From Veleropilina oligotropha (lineage: Eukaryota): a DNA stretch of 64,000 nt. This document shows positions 7,716 through 17,249 of the stretch, piece after piece; within the stretch, counting starts at the first letter, position 1, and each line of letters begins with the position of its first letter. A program made the position numbers and the translations under genes. Where the stretch lies: contig JBEUKZ010000008.1 in the NCBI GenBank assembly GCA_048128005.1, positions 186,001 through 250,000 on the forward strand. The letters are read 5' to 3'. The notes under the pieces were generated by a model that did not search any database, was not told the DNA's origin, and saw only the letters and a program-made list of their open reading frames with translations.

Positions 7716-10700
7716 CAGCAGCAGCCCATCTTTTTCGGTTACATTCCAGGCACGTTAAGCGCACGTTGTCGCGGATGTGGCCCCTGCTGTTGTCCACACG
7801 GTCGACACTGAACTGCTGTGTGTCTTTCGGGGCATATGCCCAGAGCAGCTCTATGTCGCATGCTGCGCAGCGGTTGTTTTGGGCTTCTTTGAGCTGCAGG
7901 ATGTCCTCGACCTTCAGGTTAAATCCCTGGAGTCCCTTTGCCTGGTCCTGGCGTTTGTACGCCACAAGCTTCCTCTGGATGGTCTTTCGAACCTGCTGCT
8001 TGCTCTGCTGCGCTTGCGCGTGGGGGGGGCCTGTCCTCAGAACCGTCATCCGGAGGACAGGTTACCCGTTCGAGCTGATCCAGATACTCCACCCGGGACA
8101 CGGCTAGGTAGGCGAGATTACTCCACTGAAGGTAGTCGTCGATGATCCAGACTTTCTGTGGGTTGTGAATCGTAAGACCCTGGCTCGAATGGATGGTGAG
8201 AGCATAGCCCAGGCGCCAATCCGGGGTCAGGATAGCCCTCTCAGCGGCCTCAATGGTGACCTCAACGACGTCGTTGAGAACTAGCTGTTCGCTGCGCGCT
8301 GTGCCAGGGATGGCTACAGCAATGTTCTGCTTTCTGCTGTCCTTGGGGTGATACAGGATAGGCACCTGGGAATCTGGGAAATTGTCCTTGTGCCTCTGGA
8401 GCAACAGCTCTTGAGCCCGTTCGCGGACCTTCTGACGGCTGGTGAGGATTAGGTCACCCGGATTCCAGGTTTGGACAAACCGGTCCCATCCAAGGCAGCA
8501 GGGGAGACTCTTACGCATTTCCTGGCACTGGACTTTGTCGGGCTGGAGACGGATATGTCTTTTCAGGGCTTGGAGGGCAGGGTCGTCTTTCGCCCTGTAG
8601 TCTACTTCGACCTCTTCATAGTAGTCCGCGGTCTTTCGCAGCCAATCGTGCGGCATCTCCCCCGTAATCGGTGGTGGCTGGCCCTGGTCCCCACAGCAGA
8701 TAACCTGAACTTCGTGGTGGACCAGCCAGTCTAAGAACATCTCGAGGATGTGCCTGGGAACAGTACAGACCTCGTCCCAGATAATGACGCGGGGGATGAA
8801 CTTCTGACCCATGCGGTCGGGTGTCCAGTCGTTCTGGCCACTCCATCGGAAGAAGCTGTGGTAGGTCTGGGCTTTGACACCCCTGGTCCGCATTTCTTTA
8901 GCGAGGCGGTGGGTTGGCGTGAACACCGTGGGATTTCTTGCCCGAAAGAGTTCGATCGCCCTCGTAGTCTTGCCACAGCCCCCTCCACCGTTGAGGTAAC
9001 TCAGGCGATGGTGGGTCAGTGTGTCGTTGTAGCATGGCGCGGTGCTTGGCTGGCTGGAATTGGCGGCACAACAATACTCTGGCTTGGGCAGGTATGCGGC
9101 ATGTTCCTGTGGCAAATACAGCTGTTCGCCCTTGTCACGCCACTGGGCTGGTGCTACTGGCGGAAGGTACGTCTCCCCGATCAGACAGGAGATGCACGAT
9201 TTATCGCCACAGTCGCAGAGTTGGGGGGCAACGTACGCCTTGACATCGTCGAGCTTCTCCAACGAGGCCTTCTTGAGGTAGATGCTGTCAGTGGCCACTC
9301 GGACAGCCTCCTCAGGGGTGAAACGCTGAAGCATTGAGAGGAGGTTTATGTGGGCATAGGCCAGTATCGATGCCCTCAGGTGGGTGTACTGTGGCTGTGA
9401 GCCATCATAGTACGTGAGGATGTGCCCCATAGGGCACCTTTGAGGTGCGCCGACCAGGGTACCGCTTTGACGGGTGTCTCTTATCAGGAAGTCGAGCTCT
9501 CCCTGGTCAATCACAAGCCTTCGTGTCAATCTTTTGCCATCAGCTTTGCTGCCCTGAGTAAATTTGCCGATAATGCTGCAGCCCTGGTCACGGTTCTCAG
9601 GAAGCCAGACATCGGTCTGCTTTTTGACTGCGATGATGGCTTCTCGGATCTTGAGGCTTTTTAGCAGTCCAGATTATATGAGGAAGGCGACCAGCGGGGT
9701 TGGTGCCCAGCTATTCTCTGCAAAGTGCTTTCCGAACCAGGCGGGGATGGTGGGGTGGATTTCTTGTGCAGTGGGTTGGGTGTCCGAATCTTTCGAAATA
9801 TGGCTTAGCCTCGCCCTTCCCCTGAAAGCTAGCAGGGTAACAGGCTTTCATATCGATGCAGACAACATCTCTCGTATCATAGTTCATGGAATTCCAAAGG
9901 CCACCATGACCATGCTCTACGCAGGCCTTCTGGATGTCATCGAGCAGGCTGGCTGGGGTAGGTTTCCAGCCGTTGTTCTCTTTGGCCATAATGCTAGCTG
10001 CATGGTTCTCGCCAAAGGCTCGATCGGCAAGAGACTCATTCCCCAGAGCCTTACAGGCTTCCTGAAGAGCGGTGTGAGTCTCTTTCGTCCTGTAAGTACG
10101 GCCGTCTTGCAGCACGAACTGGTCCACGTTGAGCTGTCGGTCTTTACCGCCAAGGAGCCAGACAGCTAATGGCTCATTACGTGTGGCTTGTCGGATAGCT
10201 TCCCAGACATCGCCCTCATACAGGTGGACCACGCGGGACTGCGGGAAGTGAAGGTCCTTGGGCCAGGCGTGGCCGTTGTGACAGATGAGTTCGACTGGTC
10301 TATGCCAGCCCTGGTACTTCCCACTGTTGTAGATGTCCTCGCCAGCAATGTCTCTCAAGATAATCGCCCGTTTGAGGATCCTCTCCAGTTGGGCCACATC
10401 GTCGACGGAAGCCTTGTCGGGGTGAGTCCGTTTCCTCTCAGGGCACCTTCGAAGTGCTCATTCACTCTTTGGGCAACGCAGTTGAGGTCGCCGTTCTTCA
10501 TTGGAACCAGGTTGGCGGGGTTTGGTTCTCTGAGAGGGTAGAGGCCGTAGATGACTGCAGTGACCGGGTAGGCGTTCTCGTAGTAGACTTTGTCGACCCC
10601 AGTTATAGCACCTGGCTTAGTGTCATGGCATATCTCAAAGACACCCTGGCCCTTCTTTCTCGCAGCCTTCACCGGGTCAAACTTGTCTTCGACCACCCAG

Positions 10701-11536
10701 TCACCTTCATGCCACTCACGCAAGAACTTTATTTTCAGGACAAACTCGCCTTTTGGAAGGGCTGTGAGGAGCTGTACCGCCCTCGCATCTGTCATACGGG
10801 CATCCAGGGCCAGCCGGCCAGCCCTCGCTTCGATGCCGTGTGCGATCTTAATGTCCACTTCTACCCTCCATGTGGAGAAGGCCGCCGCGGCGCCATCGAC
10901 CTCAAACTCGTCTTTGGCGTCGTTCAAGAGTTCCACCCATGGCTCTTTTGCTGGGAGCCTTACTGAGGGAGGGGCCTGGTCATCCAGGTCGATGAATTGT
11001 TGCCCCTCTGTTGTGGTAAACAGCCCTAGAAGATCATTCTGGTAGTCCTGGGCTGTCCGGGGCGTTTTGGAGAGGGAATAATATTCATCCGAGGCTAAGT
11101 GATCTCTCAGAATATCCCGGGGCCCCTTCCGAGCAATAGCCCGGGCAAGGGTCTCTTTCCGAGACCGAGTCAGACCGTGCAGGTGTGGCTTGACGATTCG
11201 ATCCGTGATGTTACGAAGTGGCTTCTGTCGAATCCCGGGCTTTTTCTCGGCTTGGATTTCGTATTTACGGACCTTGAGGGCCACCTCGACCTCGTCCTTA
11301 AGCTGCCGCAATTCGCGAGCACGACGGCCTCTTTTGTGGGGGTTCTCCACATCTCCACGTATGGAGGGGAACCTTCCCGTTTTCATCGACCGCTCGAGTC
11401 TCCTCCGAAACTCGGCAGCACGGACCCCGGCTATTGCCCTGATGAGGTCGGTTTTCTTGAGCTTCGACCGAGCGGGAAGCCCGTAATCTTTCGCTAAATT
11501 ATGCAGTTCATCCATCCCCCGCTGCTGGGTGGGCAT
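7705..11536 (-). pseudogene. Multidomain replication protein: HeH/Rho-N, OTU-like protease, divergent family-B DNA polymerase, SF1B helicase, His-Me finger nuclease; broken by 3 frameshifts and 1 stop
   Basis: Joins track ORFs 10355-11536, 9711-10397, 7919-9529 and 7705-8049. PolB motifs: IDMKACYP (A), CSIIGKF (B-like), YTHLRASILAYA and VATDSIY (C). Helicase motifs: GGGGCGKT, TPTH, TYHSFF, WDEV, GDQGQ, TIHSSQGLT, YLAVSR. Nuclease: CAAC...DRVDNSRGH..DN...CLECN. Lesions at ~10410, ~9770, TAA 9674-9676 and the G8 run 8022-8029. Confidence 0.8.
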
Positions 11537-11568
11537 ACACTAGGTCGATCATTTCTCTAATAGGAAAT

Positions 11569-11844
11569 TTACGTGTGGTACATCGCAGCCATGCGGAGAA
11601 ATTCTCTCGGGAAGGCCCTTTTCTTTCGTTGCCAGTCCCTATCGTTCTCAAGCTTAAACCCACAGCCCTTACACAACGTACACCGGTTGAAGACGCCTTT
11701 TCCACATGTCCTACAGGGTTTTGTACCCCGACCATTTCGCCGTAGCCGAGCCAGGTGGACTTTGCAAAATTCTCTCAGACAACTCTTACCGCATAGCTCC
11801 GTGGAGCTTATGGTGAGCCATTGACAGGTGTCTGTGCCCTTCAT
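11569..11844 (-). CDS. Small Cys-rich, basic (putative zinc-binding) viral protein
   Basis: C-x9-C-x3-C-x4-C-x2-H followed by CRTC...CTLC..C; lies directly upstream of and co-oriented with the replication gene. Confidence 0.6.
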   Translation of the reverse strand: MKGTDTCQWLTISSTELCGKSCLREFCKVHLARLRRNGRGTKPCRTCGKGVFNRCTLCKGCGFKLENDRDWQRKKRAFPREFLRMAAMYHT

Positions 11845-11980
11845 CGTATCCTTTGCAGTGGGTGTACCTGTTGCAATGGGTATGTCTAAAAGAGAGCCCG
11901 GGCCGGCGAGGGTAGTGGGCCGTCCCTAAGGGCTCTTACTACATACTACTATATCGGCGCTAAATAGCTGGCCGTGTTAG

Positions 11981-12196
11981 ATGGATGTGGCGTATTTTGA
12001 AACGGTCATCATGAGAGACATCCCCAGGTTGCGCGGCGCGAAAAGTTCCCGACGCATCAGGACCCTCTTGAACACCGGCTACGACGTCCTCGTTATCGAA
12101 CACGACGATGGTGAACAGGCGGTCTTCAAGAAAAAGACAGCAGGCAATAACAAAGGAGTTCTCCACTATTCTAAGCTACCCTCAGTTCTGAAATAG
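11981..12196 (+). CDS. Small viral hypothetical protein near the terminus (71 aa)
   Basis: ATG start, divergent from the zinc-binding gene, inside the GC-rich block. Confidence 0.45.
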   Translation: MDVAYFETVIMRDIPRLRGAKSSRRIRTLLNTGYDVLVIEHDDGEQAVFKKKTAGNNKGVLHYSKLPSVLK

Positions 12197-12323
12197 GGCT
12201 GGGAGCCCCCCCGACGGCCGTGGGCCCCTAGTCTAAACCGCCTTAGTCCCCCCCCTTATTCTGAACAGGTGTTGGGAGCCTTATTTTTCCATTCTAAAAA
12301 TTCCAATCACGCCCCCTGCTGCT

Positions 12324-14810
12324 CATTATTTAAATCACCTTGAAGTTTCTTTGCATCTTCTTCTGTCTCGATAATTCTGTACAGCTTGGTATCGTCTGCA
12401 AACTTTTTTACTAGAGATGTAATGACGTCATCAATATCATTTAAATATATGAGAAACAACAATGGTCCCAAAACAGAACCTTGTGGGACTCCACTTAGTA
12501 CTGGTTTCCATTCTGACTTTATCCCATTTATTACAACCCTCTGTTTTCTATTTTCTAGCCACTTACATATCCAATTTAGTATTTGGCCTTTAATGCCATG
12601 GTTACTTAATTTTTGTAATAGTCGTTTATGTGGTACTTTATCGAATGCTTTCTGAAAATCAAGATATATGATATCAACTGGTTTGCCATTGTCAATTGCA
12701 CTTGTTAATTCTTCAAAAAATTCCATTAAGTTTGTTAAACAAGATATTTTTTCCATAAACCCATGCTGACTTAGGTTTATAAGGCCAAATTTATTTATGT
12801 GTTTTAAGATAGCATCCTTTAAGATAGATTCCATTATTTTGCCTACTATTGATGTCAGACTAACAGGTCGATAATTTTGGGTATTTGATCGACTACCCTT
12901 TTTAAAGATTGGGGTAATATTTCCAGTCTTCCAGTCATCAGGCAAGCTGCCTTCTTGTAGAGTTTTATTGAATATCAGGGCTAATGGCTTTGCTAATTCA
13001 TCTTTACCGAATTTTAGCAATTTGGGATATATGCTGTCTGGACCTGGAGCTTTACTGACATTTAGTAAGCTTATCTTTTTTTCAACCATTTCCGTAGTAA
13101 TTTCAATACTTTCACAAAAAGTTTCATGATCTTCATAAATAAGTTTTACCGGTGGAATGTTTATCGTGTCCTCAATAGTATAAACAGATGCAAAATATTT
13201 GTTTAGGGATTCTGAGATTTGTGCATCATCGGATATTATATTTCCATGTTCATCGTTCAGGGGACCTACGACATCTTTTGTTTTTTGTTTTGACCTAATA
13301 TAAGCATAATGTTTTCTGCTAACTTTTCTTCAAAAGCTTTTTTGGCTGCTCGGATTTCTTTTTTACTTTCTTTCTCACTTTCTTTATATTTTTGGTGCTC
13401 ATCTGTGTCGTGTGACTCTCTGTATCGTTTCCAACGTTTATATTTCCGTCTTATAATTTTTCTGACTTTCCTGGTTAACCATGGTGGTGAATGTTTTTTG
13501 CGTCTACACTTTAATGGAACATTTCTTTTCATTATTTGTTCGATGTTATTTCGAAAACCTTCCCAACATTCCGTAGCATTTAAGTTTTCAGTTCCCTCCC
13601 AGTTTATATTTCGGAGATCTGCTTTAATTTTGTCAAAATCTGCTTTTCGAAAATCTGGTATTTCTTGTTTGCTAGTTTTCACAATTGTTTTTGTGTGTAG
13701 CTGGAATTCAATTAAATCATGATCACTACATCCAAGTTTCCCAATTCTGCTAATGTTTTGCACCATATTTACCTCACTGGAAAACACTAATTCTAATACA
13801 TTATTGCCTCTAGTCGGGAAATCCACATGTTGGTGCATGAATTCATTTTGCATTGTGGTTAAAAAATCTGTTCCTGATTTCCCACTATGTAAATTTTTCC
13901 AATTTATATCTGGGTAATTAAAGTCTCCCATAATTAATACGTTGAACTTAGAGGTACTCACATTTCCCAATGTACTGTTTAGGTTAGCACTATTCTCTTC
14001 CGTGCTATTTGGTGACCGGTAAACAATACCTACAATTGTGGAATCTTTTTTATTATTCGCCATAATTTCATACCAAACTGAATTTTGAAAAGAGTTTATT
14101 TTAAAATCTTCGCGAGAAACAGAATTTAGTTGATCTTTGATGTATAGTAATACCCCTCCACCTCTGCCATTTAACGTATCTGTTCTATCCTCTCTGTATA
14201 ATTTGTAACCCACTACATTTAATTCGGCATCATTTATGTTACTATTTGTCCATGATTCTGTAACTCCTAACACATCTGGGTTGTGTACATCGATTAGTGT
14301 TTCTAGTTCCCCTTGTTTATTCATCACACTTTGTGCATTTGTAAAGATAACTTTTAGCACGTTTTGGTCTTTTTTATTTCCTTTAGCTTTTGAAGGGCCT
14401 ATCTGCTTTCCAGTGAATTTAGTGGTCTTTCTTTGCCTCTTTGTATTATTTACACCGCTGTTTTCTGGTTGTTCCGTTCTCTGATTTGGTGATCCAACCT
14501 CCCCCTTTAACAGTTTAAATGTTTCTCTATCGCCCTATTTACTCCTCTGGCCAGCACTTCTCCACCCTCCAGTGAAGGGTGCAGCCCATCTCTGAAATAC
14601 CACTCCCTCCTTCCCTCAAACGTGTACCACAAATCGAAGAACCCAAACCACTCCGAACAACAATACTCACGCAACCAGGCATTTATCTCTCTCATCTTCT
14701 CCAGCAATCTCCTAGGCGCTCTCCTTGGCAACAGCCCACCCACAATCACCTTTCTTTTACCATTGTCGTACAACTTCGGAAGCAATTCTTGGTACTTCTT
14801 CTTCATTTCC
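12324..14810 (-). mobile_element. CR1-clade LINE: partial ORF1 (SGNH esterase) and ORF2 (APE endonuclease + RT); 3' part cut off by the virus
   Basis: ORF1 has FFDLW...RDGLHPS. ORF2 has FTNAQS, GVTESW, YRSPN, MGDFNYP and SDH (APE), then KAPGPD, NYRPVSLTS, YLDFQKAFDKV, GVPQGSVLGP and FADD (RT). A small deletion/frameshift lies near 13308. Confidence 0.92.
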
Positions 14811-15060
14811 TCGGAAGCGCAATGGGTAAGAGTGTCCACTCTAAATTCACTGGCCTGATTCCGGTAATGCGAACAGTAGTGGGTTCAATACTTGGCTGAG
14901 ACATTGAAATTTGTTCAAGTTATGAATCACAGTTGTCCGCGACTGGTCGAAGAGGGCGGGTTTACCCGGGCAGCCGGGGTTTCCTCCCGCGATAAAACGG
15001 ACATGTCCTGCATTGAACCTTGATGATATACAGGAAATTAAGCATCATTCCTCCTCCTCC
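14811..15060 (+). mobile_element. tRNA-derived SINE, family A
   Basis: Highly similar to copies at 41067, 48346 and 52428; pol III A/B box-like head, GGGTTTCCTCCC core and (TCC)n tail. Abuts the truncated LINE ORF1. Confidence 0.85.
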
Positions 15061-15238
15061 ATATACTATGGCTCTAGGCCTATATATACTTTTAGTATGG
15101 TAGTCTTGTGTTGTATAAACAGAAAAATTATGATGATAGTTATTTCCCTTGGACCGTTCTTTATCAACACAAGATCAACACGGTTCTATCAAGCGTAATA
15201 TCCTCCACTTCCTATACTTCGCTGGACTTTATTTGCCT

Positions 15239-15457
15239 CATAGTATCTGTCACTACGACCATAGTATCTGTAACTACGACCATAGTATCTGTCACTACGA
15301 CCATAGTATCTGTCACTACGACCATAGTATCTGTCATTACGACCATAGTATCTGCCATTACGACCATAGTATCTGTCACTACGACCATAGTATCTGTCAC
15401 TACGACCATAGTATCTGTCACTACGACCATAGTATCTGTCATTACGACCATAGTATC
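15239..15457. repeat. 21-bp minisatellite CATAGTATCTGTCACTACGAC, ~10 copies
   Basis: Direct head-to-tail repeats with single-base variants. Confidence 0.95.
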
Positions 15458-16379
15458 GAAAATCGTATCGATTGCAAATCGGTCAAATATATAAAGGTAA
15501 AAATGTAAAGGTGCCTGTTAACAGTCTTGATCCACAAAATAACACCACTGAACTTGCTCTGTCCGCTTCAAATGTACCTCTACGATTATGAACCTGTTTC
15601 CCTCGATATACTATCTCAACTCGCTGCCAAAGGATATAATTCAATGTATTATTATTTGTATTCAGGTAAGAACATGGCCCCTCCGCAAACGACCTAAACC
15701 ATCAGTGCCAGATAATCAAATCTCTACGACCAACAAATAATTAAGGATCTGCTTGCAATCTCTGTCGCAAGCTCTGCTGTGGCATCACAGAGCTTTTGGC
15801 GTGGCAAGTTTAAATATTATTATTATATACAGTATATGGAAAACACGACCACAATATTTCAAATATGCCGTCAGTTGACAATTTGGTTTCTTCTGACAAT
15901 TATTTATTCAAAGAATATTTTAAAGATTTTTAAATCAAACAATGTTTCGCTCGTATTTTAATAATATAATAAAATAGGCCTATTTCAGTGTGTCTCTTGA
16001 TTGTCTTATTAATTTATGATCATCATAATTTTGTGGATATACTCTATATACTAAATAAATTAATGATTATTGACCGTTCATAATTAGTGGCACAAAAACA
16101 TTTTTTACCTGTGGAAGTCGTGCTGTCTTCAGATCTGCCCATGAATGTCAGACATAACCTCTTGCAACTCTCTCATCCCAGATAAATCATAAGCTCATAC
16201 TTGATATATTTGTATATCTTAAGCATAAAATTAATGATCGCTTGTCTTGTTAAGTTTATACATGTTGTACTGAGAAGCAGACCCTTGTACTGAAAACGAT
16301 GTTTGCTATATCAATGGTTGGCCTTGAATATTTATCCATGCTAGGAAAATATTAATGCATATAGTAAAGAGATTTCTTG

Positions 16380-16720
16380 GAGGCCATCCTGCTATATGGT
16401 TCAGAAGCACAAGAGGCATTACATGCCTAGATGACTGCTACAGGATTACCCTCGATGTTACATGGAGTGGTAGAGTTAGAAAGGATCTCCAGATCTCCTA
16501 TACGGAGATCTTCCTCGAATCTCTCTTAAAATTGGAGATTTCTCTCGAATCTCACTTAAAATCAGAAAGAGCAAGAAGACTTCGACTGCCAGAACACTGG
16601 GTGCGATGACCAAAACTGGCTGCAAGAGACCTCATTCTGTGGCGACGTTCTCATCGAGTAGTCCTCACCAGGGGACTAGGCAATCTTTTACCATCTTCGG
16701 AGACACCTTAGTGTGAGCTG
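16380..16720 (+). mobile_element. Decayed RTE-like LINE 3' fragment
   Basis: Remnant peptides CLDDCYR, YGDLPRIS, RARRLRLPEHWVR and ARDLILW resemble the RTE C-terminal RRLRxAGHxxR region. Confidence 0.5.
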
Positions 16721-17249
16721 AATAAGTCTGAGTGGATATAACATCAGCTCACTAAGGAGGTTTATAACTTCAAACAATGTAATGTCATTTGTTGCATTAT
16801 GGTTACGTTATTTATTTTGTTATATATTTATTTAATATTTAATTTATCAAATTGTGAAGTCCATCCAGCATACTTTGTTAGGGCCAAATAATATGGGGTC
16901 AAAATGCACACATTCAATTATTAATGCATCTCGACATATTCGTAATTTGCACCAAATTCAGAACCAATTCATCTTCAAGGACGTGCTGGAAAACCAAGAT
17001 ACTAGCAACTGTAAATGAATTAGGCTTTTGTGTGTGCACGTATGTGTTTGAGTTTATGACATATATCTCATTTGTAATATTCATTAAATAGTATATCGTT
17101 ACAGAATAAGTCAGTATGCTAAATAATATATCGTTACATATCATAATTATTATATGCTATATATGTGTGTGTGAAGCGAGGGAATGCTTCCGAGATCTCA
17201 AGCTATATATATATGTCTATTAATTTGTGGTATACGGTACCTCGTCGAT

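Larger units (their letters stand above)
1..12323. mobile_element. Endogenous Polinton/Maverick-like (adintovirus/PLV-type) dsDNA virus, right-hand part; left end outside the window
   Basis: Sharp GC-rich block of tightly packed, intronless ORFs on both strands: capsid-like genes, rve integrase and a PolB/helicase gene. It ends in ...CCCCCTGCTGCT at 12323, where AT-rich LINE sequence begins abruptly. Confidence 0.88.

Noticed and set aside
7919..9529. Helitron Rep-helicase
   Set aside because: No HUH Rep motifs were found; the helicase is preceded by PolB motifs and sits among capsid and integrase genes.
828..11497. Numerous short overlapping or antisense ORFs within the viral block
   Set aside because: Expected shadows of GC-rich coding sequence; no independent motifs.
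1..12323. Bacterial prophage or contaminant contig
   Set aside because: The rve integrase, Polinton-type capsid genes and a clean junction into a eukaryotic LINE argue for a eukaryotic endogenous virus.
15239..15457. CRISPR-like array or repeat-protein ORFs (15108-15508)
   Set aside because: Head-to-tail 21-bp units without unique spacers and no cas genes; the ORFs are by-products of the repeat.
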